This document shows, in pieces, positions 1 through 7,333 of a stretch of 56,904 bases of DNA. Below the pieces are notes generated by a model. It was not told where the DNA came from and did not search any database. It was given only the letters and a program-made list of their open reading frames with translations. The position numbers and the translations under genes were made by a program. Source of the stretch: a virus. Lineage: Duplodnaviria; Caudoviricetes. The stretch covers positions 1 through 56,904 of the IMG/VR virus record IMGVR_UViG_3300024355_000518. The stretch is one strand, 5' to 3'. Every line of letters starts with the position of its first letter. Positions within the stretch are counted from its first letter, which is position 1.

Positions 1-127
1 TATAGCACGGGACAAGGTAGCACGGGACAAGTTAGCACCGACCAAGTTAGCACCGGACAAGTTAGCACGGGACAAGTCAGCACCGACCAAGTTAGCACAG
101 GACAAGTCAGCACCGAACAAGTTAGCA
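1..127. repeat. 127-bp terminal direct repeat (identical to 56778-56904); assembly overlap indicating a circular or terminally redundant complete genome
   Basis: Bases 1-127 match 56778-56904 base for base. 127 is a common assembler k-mer size. The overlap lies inside a tandem repeat. Confidence 0.9.
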
Positions 128-210
128 TCGGACAAGTCAGCTTTCTTCCCACCCTTACCTGTTAACCAAAGCTGGTGCTCCTCTAGTACCTGTTTTATAT
201 CGATAGTCAT
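1..210 (-). CDS. Pentapeptide-repeat protein 2, N-terminal part; continues across the junction into 56777..56454 (about 177 aa in total)
   Basis: ATG at 210-208 with AGGAG RBS reads [41 protein letters not shown]..., in frame with ORF 56454..56897 once the overlap is removed. Confidence 0.85.
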   Translation of the reverse strand, partial: MTIDIKQVLEEHQLWLTGKGGKKADLSDANLFGADLSCANLVGADLSRANLSGANLVGANLSRATLSRAI

Positions 211-350
211 AGTAACTCCTTAAGGTTGTCAGTTTGGAGGGGGAGCCCTCTTCTGCTCCGATTTGGTGGTAGACACCGAGGCTAAACTGAAGTACAATTG
301 AGAGGTATCTTTGTAGTGTTAGCAGGTATTCCCTTTACCTGTTACTTATC

Positions 351-378
351 TTATCGGTTACTTGTTGAAAAACCTTTA
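351..378 (-). promoter_or_regulatory. sigma-28 (FliA/SigD)-type promoter for pentapeptide protein 2 and downstream genes
   Basis: Minus strand TAAAGGTT-N12-ACCGATAA; FliA consensus is TAAAGTTT-N11-GCCGATAA. Confidence 0.75.
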
Positions 379-1272
379 GGGGTCGGCACGTATCGAGATA
401 ACACCGGACAAGATAGCACCGGACAAGTTAGCACGGGACAATGTAGCACTGAACAAGTCAGCACAGGACAAGATAGCACCGGACAAGTCAGCATCGGACA
501 AGTCAGCACGGGACAAGTTAGCACAGGACAAGTCAGCACGGGACAAGGTAGCACTGGACAAGTTAGCACCGGACAAGATAGCACGGGACAAGTCAGCACG
601 GGACAAGGTAGCACCGGACAAGATAGCACGGGACAAGTCAGCACGGGACAAGGTAGCACCGGACAAGTCAGCATCGGACAATGTAGCACTGAACAAGTTA
701 GCACCGGACAAGATAGCACGGGACAAGTCAGCACCGGACAAGTTAGCACCGGACAAGATAGCACGGGACAAGTCAGCACGGGACAAGGTAGCACCGAACA
801 AGTCAGCACAGGACAAGATAGCACCGGACAAGTCAGCATCGGACAAGTTAGCACGGGACAATGTAGCACTGAACAAGTCAGCACAGGACAAGTTAGCATC
901 GGACAAGTCAGCACCGGACAAGTTAGCACCGGACAAGATAGCACGGGACAAGTCAGCACCGGACAAGTTAGCACCGGACAAGATAGCACGGGACAAGTCA
1001 GCACGGGACAAGGTAGCACCGGACAAGATAGCACGGGACAAGATAGCACCGGACAAGTCAGCACGGTACAAGTTAGCACGGAATAAGTCAGCACGGTACA
1101 AGTTAGCACCGGACAAGATAGCACCGGACAAGTCAGCACGGTACAAGTTAGCACCGGACAAGTTAGCACCGGACAAGATAGCACCGGATAAATCCGCCCT
1201 CTTTCCGCCCTTACCTGTTAACCACAACTTATGGTCTTCTAATACCTGCTCTATATTAATAGTCACATTCAT
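376..1272 (-). CDS. Pentapeptide-repeat protein 1 (about 50 A[DNIT]L[SFY]x repeats)
   Basis: 298 aa. N-terminus [31 protein letters not shown] is paralogous to protein 2. Has an upstream promoter. Confidence 0.9.
   Translation of the reverse strand: MNVTINIEQVLEDHKLWLTGKGGKRADLSGAILSGANLSGANLYRADLSGAILSGANLYRADLFRANLYRADLSGAILSRAILSGATLSRADLSRAILSGANLSGADLSRAILSGANLSGADLSDANLSCADLFSATLSRANLSDADLSGAILSCADLFGATLSRADLSRAILSGANLSGADLSRAILSGANLFSATLSDADLSGATLSRADLSRAILSGATLSRADLSRAILSGANLSSATLSRADLSCANLSRADLSDADLSGAILSCADLFSATLSRANLSGAILSGVISIRADP
403..1190. repeat. 15-bp tandem repeat array (about 52 units, e.g. GGACAAGTCAGCACG) encoding the pentapeptide repeats
   Basis: 15-nt periodicity is directly visible, with variation at a few positions. 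Confidence 0.95.
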
Positions 1273-1304
1273 ATTTGCCCTTTCGCCTTTACCTGTTACT
1301 TATC

Positions 1305-1332
1305 TTATCGGTATTTTCTTTGCAATACTTTA
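1305..1332 (-). promoter_or_regulatory. sigma-28-type promoter for pentapeptide protein 1
   Basis: Minus strand TAAAGTAT-N12-ACCGATAA, intergenic, about 33 nt upstream of ATG 1272. Confidence 0.75.
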
Positions 1333-1339
1333 ATATTAT

Positions 1340-1525
1340 TTAGTCCACCGTCTTATCGTGGTAGACGTGTTCCACGGTAACTTCAGTCAGGTCACCATCA
1401 TTTGTCGATAGTTCCATCTGTTGGACTAAGGTGTCTATCTTTTTTTCAGCCTCATCAAAGGATGAAGCCTCAACCCGGAAATCTACCTTGACGAAAACCA
1501 ATGCGCTATAATAAAATGTTTTCAT
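1340..1525 (-). CDS. Small hypothetical early protein (61 aa)
   Basis: ORF with AAGGGA RBS, preceded by the TAACAGGTAAAA leader motif. Confidence 0.7.
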   Translation of the reverse strand: MKTFYYSALVFVKVDFRVEASSFDEAEKKIDTLVQQMELSTNDGDLTEVTVEHVYHDKTVD

Positions 1526-1605
1526 ATTAGTTCCCTTCGCTTTTACCTGTTAATGTAACGGGCACCAAAGGTGCCCGTCGAAAATTGAGAATGGTATTCC
1601 CTATC

Positions 1606-1779
1606 TTAGAATTTTACAACTTCAAACTGTTTTATAAAGTCATCTATGTCTGTTATCTCACCAGCGTCAACCAGTTCCCATGCCCAACTTTTTAAAAATT
1701 CCTCCGCATCGTGTGCAGATTCAAAATCTTGGAATCCCTGGTTAATTCCATGTTTTACAATTTTGAAAAATGTTTCCAT
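1606..1779 (-). CDS. Small acidic hypothetical protein (57 aa, METFFKIVKHG...EVVKF), not in the ORF track
   Basis: Translated by hand. GAGG RBS and TAACAGGTAAAA leader upstream; fills the gap in the operon. Confidence 0.7.
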   Translation of the reverse strand: METFFKIVKHGINQGFQDFESAHDAEEFLKSWAWELVDAGEITDIDDFIKQFEVVKF

Positions 1780-1835
1780 GTTTTACCTCTTTGGCTTTTA
1801 CCTGTTAAATGCACCAAACATCAAAGGTGCCCCCA

Positions 1836-2522
1836 TTATGCCGCCAGCAATAACACATGGTCTAAGAGTCCGATGTCCTTGTTCAACGCATTATATTCCG
1901 TTCTACTTCGCAGCCTGGATAGTTCGTTGACCAAGTTATACAAACCCCAAGCGGTGTGAGGATTGTCCTCAGCCCTGTGTGTTTGATTGACTATTTGGGC
2001 TATGGCTCTATCTTTTACCGTATTAGAGACGGGCAAACTAGCGACAACGTCGATAGGATTTTTTATTAGTACTTGACTAGCCTCATAGGCTGAATCAAAT
2101 ACTTCTCCCGATGTTATAGATTCAACTTGATTTTCAATCAAGGTAGGCAACTCATCTAAGAATGAGTTTATCTTAGGTCCCGAAACGTGTCTGATTCGGG
2201 CTGAAAAGAGGTCATTAAACCGCATCATCAATCCATTAGCGCAAATTAAGCGATAAAGACCAATTCCGATAGACAAAGCCTCGCCACCGGTATTGCAATT
2301 GCGGACATAGAGACGGGGAACAATATATCCGCCTAGCGATGCATCGTCTATTGCGTACTCTTTAAAATCAATGCTAGCGATAAGCCTGTCCTTAGTTTTC
2401 GACCAGTGCGCTTTTAATAGGCGATTATTGGCTACCTTGGTCAAGACCTCGAGGATGTCATTATTGTTGACAGTGATAAATTTTGGTCCGACGTTAACAT
2501 CGAGTGAGCGATTGATAAACAT
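1836..2522 (-). CDS. DUF932/DUF945-family protein
   Basis: Motif NCNTGGEALSIGIGLYRLICANGLM and C-terminal TAWGLYN match my recollection of the family. Confidence 0.7.
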   Translation of the reverse strand: MFINRSLDVNVGPKFITVNNNDILEVLTKVANNRLLKAHWSKTKDRLIASIDFKEYAIDDASLGGYIVPRLYVRNCNTGGEALSIGIGLYRLICANGLMMRFNDLFSARIRHVSGPKINSFLDELPTLIENQVESITSGEVFDSAYEASQVLIKNPIDVVASLPVSNTVKDRAIAQIVNQTHRAEDNPHTAWGLYNLVNELSRLRSRTEYNALNKDIGLLDHVLLLAA

Positions 2523-2547
2523 GAAAGTCTCCTTTGGTTTTTACCTG

Positions 2548-3195
2548 TTAAGCCACGTTATTTAATACTGCATTGCCTTTTTTAGCCCTAGCACCAAACA
2601 TAACTAGCCCAATCTTATTGTTGGTCGTTGACCAAGCTACTGTGTCATCCTCATTGGCCAAGTCGTAACCCGATTCCAGCGCTTGTTCAGTTGAGGCAAA
2701 TATTCGGGAATGTCTATCATTATTGACGTCAATCAATTTATCTTGACGGCCGCCTAAAGAAAAAATAATGATAAAATTGAGGGGCAGTGATATTCCATTT
2801 TTTTGAATATGCTTAAACATGGCAACAGATTTTGTATAAGCGTAAAAGATTATATCAGGATTTTGTTCTGCTATCGCGGTCCATTTTAAGACATATTCTG
2901 CGGAATAAAAGTCACCAGATGAATGGATACGAATGGCGACCTTGTTTCCCTTCGACTTTTTCCTCAATCGAATCAGCTCACCATTGATGGTCGGAATAAA
3001 TTCGGCAGATTTGCTTAGTTCGAACATACGATTGCGATAGCCATTCGCTGATGGATAGCGTATTTGTTCGAGCGCTGCATAGCAGAATTGTTTGCAACTC
3101 CCTGCTCCCGGGCAAGTGTTGATAGCAGGTAAGGCAAAGTTGAATGTTAAGACACTAGCTTTGTTCATTTTTTTATTTTGTTGGAAAATATTCAT
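2548..3195 (-). CDS. Phage GP88-like (radical-SAM-like Cys cluster) protein
   Basis: TCPGAGSCKQFCYA, IRIHSSGDFYS and FYAYTK motifs. Confidence 0.7.
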   Translation of the reverse strand: MNIFQQNKKMNKASVLTFNFALPAINTCPGAGSCKQFCYAALEQIRYPSANGYRNRMFELSKSAEFIPTINGELIRLRKKSKGNKVAIRIHSSGDFYSAEYVLKWTAIAEQNPDIIFYAYTKSVAMFKHIQKNGISLPLNFIIIFSLGGRQDKLIDVNNDRHSRIFASTEQALESGYDLANEDDTVAWSTTNNKIGLVMFGARAKKGNAVLNNVA

Positions 3196-3206
3196 GTTAG
3201 TGTTCC

Positions 3207-3656
3207 TTATGAAATTAGTTTTAATTTGCTAGTCCGATTAATATTTGAGGGAACTAATAATTTTCGGCCTAAGAAAAGAGACGCTAGTTCAGCTCCAGCC
3301 GCCCAATCGGGATAGTCTCCGTCACTTGATATAGTGATTCTATCCTGCAATACATCATTCAAAATACACAAGGATGCCACAACTAAAACATCGTATGGCT
3401 TTCTAGCAGTTTTACAAAAGTTAAAGGATTCATTTAACTTAAAAGTCTCTCTTAAGAAAAAATCCTCGTGGCCATTGTCACGACTGCCGTTAAACTTGAC
3501 GCCGGCATATTTCCCCGGTTTAGTATGAGCTGTATATCCCGATATGCCACCATGTTTTTGAGCATAGTCATAGACTAACATTTGTATCTCTTCTATAGCT
3601 TTCTTATAGAGTTTTTCGTTGCTTTTGTTAAACCTGAAATAATGTGTGTATCCCAT
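3207..3656 (-). CDS. Conserved hypothetical phage protein
   Basis: MGYTHY N-terminus and FNFCKTARKPYD motif; tightly packed in the operon. Confidence 0.7.
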   Translation of the reverse strand: MGYTHYFRFNKSNEKLYKKAIEEIQMLVYDYAQKHGGISGYTAHTKPGKYAGVKFNGSRDNGHEDFFLRETFKLNESFNFCKTARKPYDVLVVASLCILNDVLQDRITISSDGDYPDWAAGAELASLFLGRKLLVPSNINRTSKLKLIS

Positions 3657-3657
3657 C

Positions 3658-3924
3658 TTATTTTTCCTTTCTTAATAGAGATTCCTGCGCGAGTCTAGCA
3701 GTTTCCTTTAATATTATTTCCCTATTCGATTCTGAGTAAGTGTCACTTCTCATCCAATCGGGAACTTCTGGAGTGAACTGGTTTTTTTCTATTTTCTTTA
3801 GTTCTTTTATTATTTGTTTTATCGTGTATTTGGATACATTGCCAACTTTTGAGAATATTCCAGACAAGGCAAGATTAACTGTGTGATTTATTAATAATTT
3901 ATCCAATTGTTTGGTGCGTTTCAT
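3658..3924 (-). CDS. Hypothetical protein
   Basis: 88-aa ORF, GGGGG RBS, abuts both neighbours. Confidence 0.7.
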   Translation of the reverse strand: MKRTKQLDKLLINHTVNLALSGIFSKVGNVSKYTIKQIIKELKKIEKNQFTPEVPDWMRSDTYSESNREIILKETARLAQESLLRKEK

Positions 3925-3925
3925 G

Positions 3926-4054
3926 TTATTTTCCCCCGTGATTAGTTCTATTATTTAGTTCTTCGAGATATTCATTTTCAGAGATGAGCCCTTGTTCAAG
4001 GAAAACTTCCAGCTCGACTAGGTTATACATGGATAAATCTATTTTGATTTTCAT
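3926..4054 (-). CDS. Small hypothetical protein (42 aa, MKIKIDLSMYN...), not in the ORF track
   Basis: Translated by hand. ATGA overlap with the upstream stop; GGGAG RBS. Confidence 0.6.
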   Translation of the reverse strand: MKIKIDLSMYNLVELEVFLEQGLISENEYLEELNNRTNHGGK

Positions 4055-4218
4055 ACATTCTCCCTTTTAAATATGGTGATATTTGTTAAGTCAGTCTCTT
4101 TTACCCACCGGCATTCATATTCTGTTATAATCAAATACGCCAGCTTTTGTTTGGCTGCCGAATAATAAGAATCCATGATAAACACTGATTCATCGTTATA
4201 TATGGCATGGCCTAGCAT
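4051..4218 (-). CDS. First gene of the early arm, hypothetical (55 aa, MLGHAIYNDES...), not in the ORF track
   Basis: Translated by hand. GGAGG RBS; lies just downstream of the promoter at 4272-4298. Confidence 0.65.
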   Translation of the reverse strand: MLGHAIYNDESVFIMDSYYSAAKQKLAYLIITEYECRWVKETDLTNITIFKRENV

Positions 4219-4271
4219 ATGTCCTCCGTATCAGATATTTTTTATTTAGTGCATCACTGTGTACATAAATC

Positions 4272-4298
4272 TTTTCGGTATGCCATTAAAAAGCTTTA
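4272..4298 (-). promoter_or_regulatory. sigma-28-type promoter at the head of the minus-strand arm
   Basis: TAAAGCTT-N11-ACCGAAAA, canonical FliA spacing, about 54 nt upstream of the first ATG. Confidence 0.65.
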
Positions 4299-4583
4299 GT
4301 ACAATCTTTTAACCCGGTAAAATGATAGGGATAATAGCCCATCGAATATTAATTGTTACTATAATGTGCTAAAGTGAACCATGCTTTCTCTCCTGTGGAT
4401 ATGATGAGCTGATAAAGAGGGGTATGATGTATGGTGAGGTTATCCTTATTCCCCCTCTCTATAAAAAGGGAAACAGTGTCAGGGAGCTTGATTAGAAGGG
4501 GTACAAGTGCCGCCGCCCACCCCCCGGTACCAGTAATTTACCTCGCTACAAACTGGTTTACACACGGGGGAACCTTTCCATAC

Positions 4584-4612
4584 TTGACCCATATCCCCGA
4601 CTATGCTACCCT
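4584..4612 (+). promoter_or_regulatory. sigma-70-type promoter for the HNH gene
   Basis: TTGACC-N17-TACCCT with an extended -10 TG. Confidence 0.55.
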
Positions 4613-4629
4613 ATACTTGGAGGTACTAT

Positions 4630-5253
4630 ATGGTCATGAAGAGACGTAACCACACAGGTCATAAATATCACCACCTTATGTTACTTTACCCTACCAAAAG
4701 TGGCGGTACCGGTAAAGGCGTCTATTGGATGGCTAAATGCGACTGTGGTGAGATTAAAGAGGTGAGGGGGAGTGAGGCGGCTGCCGGCAAGATTAAGACT
4801 TGTGGAAAGTGCGAATATCATTACGGTCTCTTACGGGAGGGTGGGGAGCAGGGAGGAAAGGTACGGGGGTGGACAAAATCCATCCGCGTCCAGCATACCA
4901 GATATATTAGGTCGGCTGTCAAACGGGGTATCGAGTGGCGGCTAAGTCCTGAAGAATTCTTGCAATTAATAAAGAAGAACTGTACTTACTGTAACGCTTC
5001 CCCTCGCATATACAATAGTAAGCCCAATTTCGGCCGCGGTAAGACGGTAAAGACGTTAATGAACGGAATTGATAGGAAAGATTCCTCATTGGGTTATATT
5101 TCCGGTAACGTGGTACCTTGTTGTAGTGTATGCAATAAGATGAAGATGTCGATGGCAGAAAGTGATTTCCGGATACAAATACTAAAGATAGCAAAGTGTT
5201 ATTTAGAGAAAGCTGGATACGAATCAGATATCAGTGATGGTGATGAAAAATAG
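4630..5253 (+). CDS. HNH-type (Cys-rich) homing endonuclease
   Basis: N-terminal W..KCDCG...TCGKC zinc module and C-terminal CTYC...NGIDRKDSSLGYISGNVVPCCSVCNKMK. GGAGG RBS favours the start at 4630. Confidence 0.8.
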   Translation: MVMKRRNHTGHKYHHLMLLYPTKSGGTGKGVYWMAKCDCGEIKEVRGSEAAAGKIKTCGKCEYHYGLLREGGEQGGKVRGWTKSIRVQHTRYIRSAVKRGIEWRLSPEEFLQLIKKNCTYCNASPRIYNSKPNFGRGKTVKTLMNGIDRKDSSLGYISGNVVPCCSVCNKMKMSMAESDFRIQILKIAKCYLEKAGYESDISDGDEK

Positions 5254-5282
5254 TTGACACGTCATTTATTGTGTGATACAGT
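5254..5282 (+). promoter_or_regulatory. sigma-70-type promoter driving the 5289-5720 non-coding element and TerS
   Basis: TTGACA-N17-TACAGT with an extended -10 TG. Confidence 0.8.
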
Positions 5283-5288
5283 CATATT

Positions 5289-5720
5289 GTAGGGACGAGA
5301 ATATCGTCTCGAACGGGTTATTTGGAATCCGAGCTACCGAGGTTAGAATCACTGTTGAGTCAGTATCAAACTGAGAGTACCAACCTTGCAGGCAGGAATC
5401 GGGCCGATAATTCGGGACAGTTACTTAGAGCGAACTAGGAACTGGTCGGGTGTGGTTAGTGATTCTTTCACCGCCCTCCTCCGATTCAGGGGGCCCCACC
5501 GGGGTTCAAATCAGCAGAGCGGCATCCAGTCCTAATTAGCAACATGTAACAAGTAGCCACCTAGTCGCGAAAGCGGCCTTGGTAGGCCACACCCCTAAGA
5601 AGCAACTCATCCAGTAGGTTACTGATGAGGTGTAAAAGGTACCGATACGTCCCGTTTATCAGGGGCTAATAGTTACGGTACAAAGTAGTACCTACCTGTA
5701 CAAGTAGTACAGGTAGGACA
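5289..5720 (+). ncRNA. Putative large structured ncRNA (about 430 nt), family unassigned
   Basis: No ORF of 60 aa or more in about 495 nt of a gene-dense genome. Own promoter. Perfect long-range complementarities (5345-5353/5458-5466, 5396-5402/5481-5487, 5448-5455/5587-5594), a CGC-GAAA-GCG tetraloop and an 11-bp terminal hairpin at 5691-5717. Confidence 0.6.
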
Positions 5721-5749
5721 AGGACAACTATGTTTACGGTAAGAACGAT

Positions 5750-6277
5750 ATGAGTTTAAAAGACATCAGCAAATTACTAGAGGCGGCCCAAACTGACCTC
5801 ATCTTCACCCCGACTCCCGACATGCGGAGGGTAAAAGCTGCCTTCTGGACCAAGGTATCAGACAAAGTAACGCTAGTAGATACCTCCAACATTACCTTAA
5901 CGGCCGCCCAACAGGTAGAGAAAGACCGCCGACTAACCAAATGGTGGTCCCTACCCGGATTCCAAGAATGGTTTCAAAACAGGGAAGAGTTTAGGGAAAG
6001 GTTGGAGTACTTGGCCGATATTGCCCTCGATACTTTGGAGCAGGTATTAGTGGACCCCGCTGCTAACACCAGTGCAAAAGTCTCTTGCGCCAAGTTAGTG
6101 TTAGAGGCAGCTAGTAAAATGCCTCGCAAAGAGAACGAAAGTAGCCCTTCCAAGTTGGAAACCATGTCCCGTATCGAGCTCGAAGATTACGTCCGACGTA
6201 ATTTAAAGTACTTATCCCCCACAGAACCCTTGACAGAAGGCGAACCTTCTGCTACAGTAGAAAAAGCTAATACTTAG
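5750..6277 (+). CDS. Probable terminase small subunit
   Basis: 175 aa, helical. ..TLEQVL..ANTSAKVSCAKLVLE and ETMSRIELEDYVR resemble TerS C-termini; upstream of TerL. Confidence 0.55.
   Translation: MSLKDISKLLEAAQTDLIFTPTPDMRRVKAAFWTKVSDKVTLVDTSNITLTAAQQVEKDRRLTKWWSLPGFQEWFQNREEFRERLEYLADIALDTLEQVLVDPAANTSAKVSCAKLVLEAASKMPRKENESSPSKLETMSRIELEDYVRRNLKYLSPTEPLTEGEPSATVEKANT
6230..6258 (+). promoter_or_regulatory. sigma-70-type promoter for the 6297-9244 structural cluster
   Basis: TTGACA-N17-TACAGT with an extended TG, inside the 3' end of TerS. Confidence 0.75.
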
Positions 6278-6296
6278 GCAGGGAAAGGGAACTTGC

Positions 6297-6923
6297 TTGA
6301 TTCTGAAGACGGGATTACAAGAAATGGTAGTGAAGGCCAGCCGGACTTCGGCAGGGGTTATCACTCAAGACTTGTCGATTCAATCCGATGCCGCCCTCTT
6401 CTTCTTATGGATTAATTCAACTGAGGGAAACCTTACGGTAGAAGTATTTGCCCTCACCGGTGATGGTAAACAGGTTTCCCTTCTCACCTTCCCCACTACC
6501 AATCAACCTACCACTCAACTAATACAAAAGAGAACCGGTACCACGTCTACCCGCCTCCGAGTAGTGATAACTCACACCGCGGCTTGTGACTTGGAACTAT
6601 CGGCAAGAGCGGTATCTACCGGTAGCTCTGATACCCGCATACTAGGGGGTGCCACCCTTAAGGTTAGTCAACATACCGTCAATAGCGTTGTTTCCTTATT
6701 GGTACCCGCTTCCCTAGTAGACAGGGCAGCTATCGCCATCAAGAACTGGTCTACCTCCGGTACCATATACATTGCTGAAACGCAAGCAAAAGCCAATCAG
6801 GGACAAGGGTGGCCTATCGGACCAAAGGACGCCCTCGGTCTGGATATCCAAGCCGGTGTCGAGCTTTATGCTAGGGCAGTTGACGGTCCGTGCGACATTA
6901 GAATAATCGAAAGTGGGGGCTAA
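6297..6923 (+). CDS. Beta-rich virion structural protein (putative)
   Basis: 208 aa, Thr/Ser/Val-rich, in the late operon. Confidence 0.6.
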   Translation: MILKTGLQEMVVKASRTSAGVITQDLSIQSDAALFFLWINSTEGNLTVEVFALTGDGKQVSLLTFPTTNQPTTQLIQKRTGTTSTRLRVVITHTAACDLELSARAVSTGSSDTRILGGATLKVSQHTVNSVVSLLVPASLVDRAAIAIKNWSTSGTIYIAETQAKANQGQGWPIGPKDALGLDIQAGVELYARAVDGPCDIRIIESGG

Positions 6924-6925
6924 TC

Positions 6926-7312
6926 ATGGCAGCCGTTACCCCTTCCGGCTCATCCGGTAGTATAGTCGAAATCACAAATACAGCGGTAGCTCCCGCGTAC
7001 AACATTGTGGTAACCTCACTTCGAGTCAACCCCGGTACTAGGATATCATACACCTTTCCCGACGGCTCCACTTACCTCACTTTCCGCGTCAGACAATTGG
7101 GTGAAAAGGTACGCTTCTTTTCCGCCCTTAATGCAACTGGCTACTATACCACTGACACCTACTCTTCTGGTAGTGTTAATACTAAGCAAGTAACCTTTTG
7201 TTGGGAAAATGACAATGGCGTCGATGTCGAGCTCACCTATTGGGGTCCTGCCGGTATCGTAGAAAGTAGTGGATTTTTGCTACTTGAAACGGGAGACTAC
7301 CTTGAGCTATAA
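6926..7312 (+). CDS. Putative structural protein
   Basis: C-terminal LLLETGDYLEL is a motif typical of phage fibre-associated proteins. Confidence 0.55.
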   Translation: MAAVTPSGSSGSIVEITNTAVAPAYNIVVTSLRVNPGTRISYTFPDGSTYLTFRVRQLGEKVRFFSALNATGYYTTDTYSSGSVNTKQVTFCWENDNGVDVELTYWGPAGIVESSGFLLLETGDYLEL

Positions 7313-7333
7313 TAATCACGGAGGATTTATTAT

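Noticed and set aside
1-127. Biological terminal repeat of the virion DNA
   Set aside because: It is exactly 127 bp and lies inside a tandem repeat in mid-gene, which is typical of an assembler k-mer overlap.
298-1086. + strand 262-aa (STGQV)n ORF and minus-strand (LTCPV)n ORFs 351..1184 and 56642..56890
   Set aside because: These are shadow frames of the stop-free 15-bp repeat. Only the A[DN]L frame has a paralogous N-terminal cap, a promoter and a known fold.
403-1190. Possible CRISPR array or DGR template/variable repeat
   Set aside because: Contiguous 15-bp coding repeats without unique spacers, and no reverse transcriptase is encoded.
5614-5695. Hammerhead ribozyme suggested by CTGATGA at 5622-5628 and a following small stem
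   Set aside because: The core reads GATAC rather than GAAAC, I could not build stem I next to any NUH triplet, and CTGATGAG is paired in a local hairpin.
5289-5720. tRNA, tmRNA, RNase P or group I intron identity for the non-coding element
   Set aside because: No acceptor stem or CCA end around the GGTTCAAATC string, no RNase P P4 signature, no convincing group I R/S pair and no interrupted ORF. Left unassigned.
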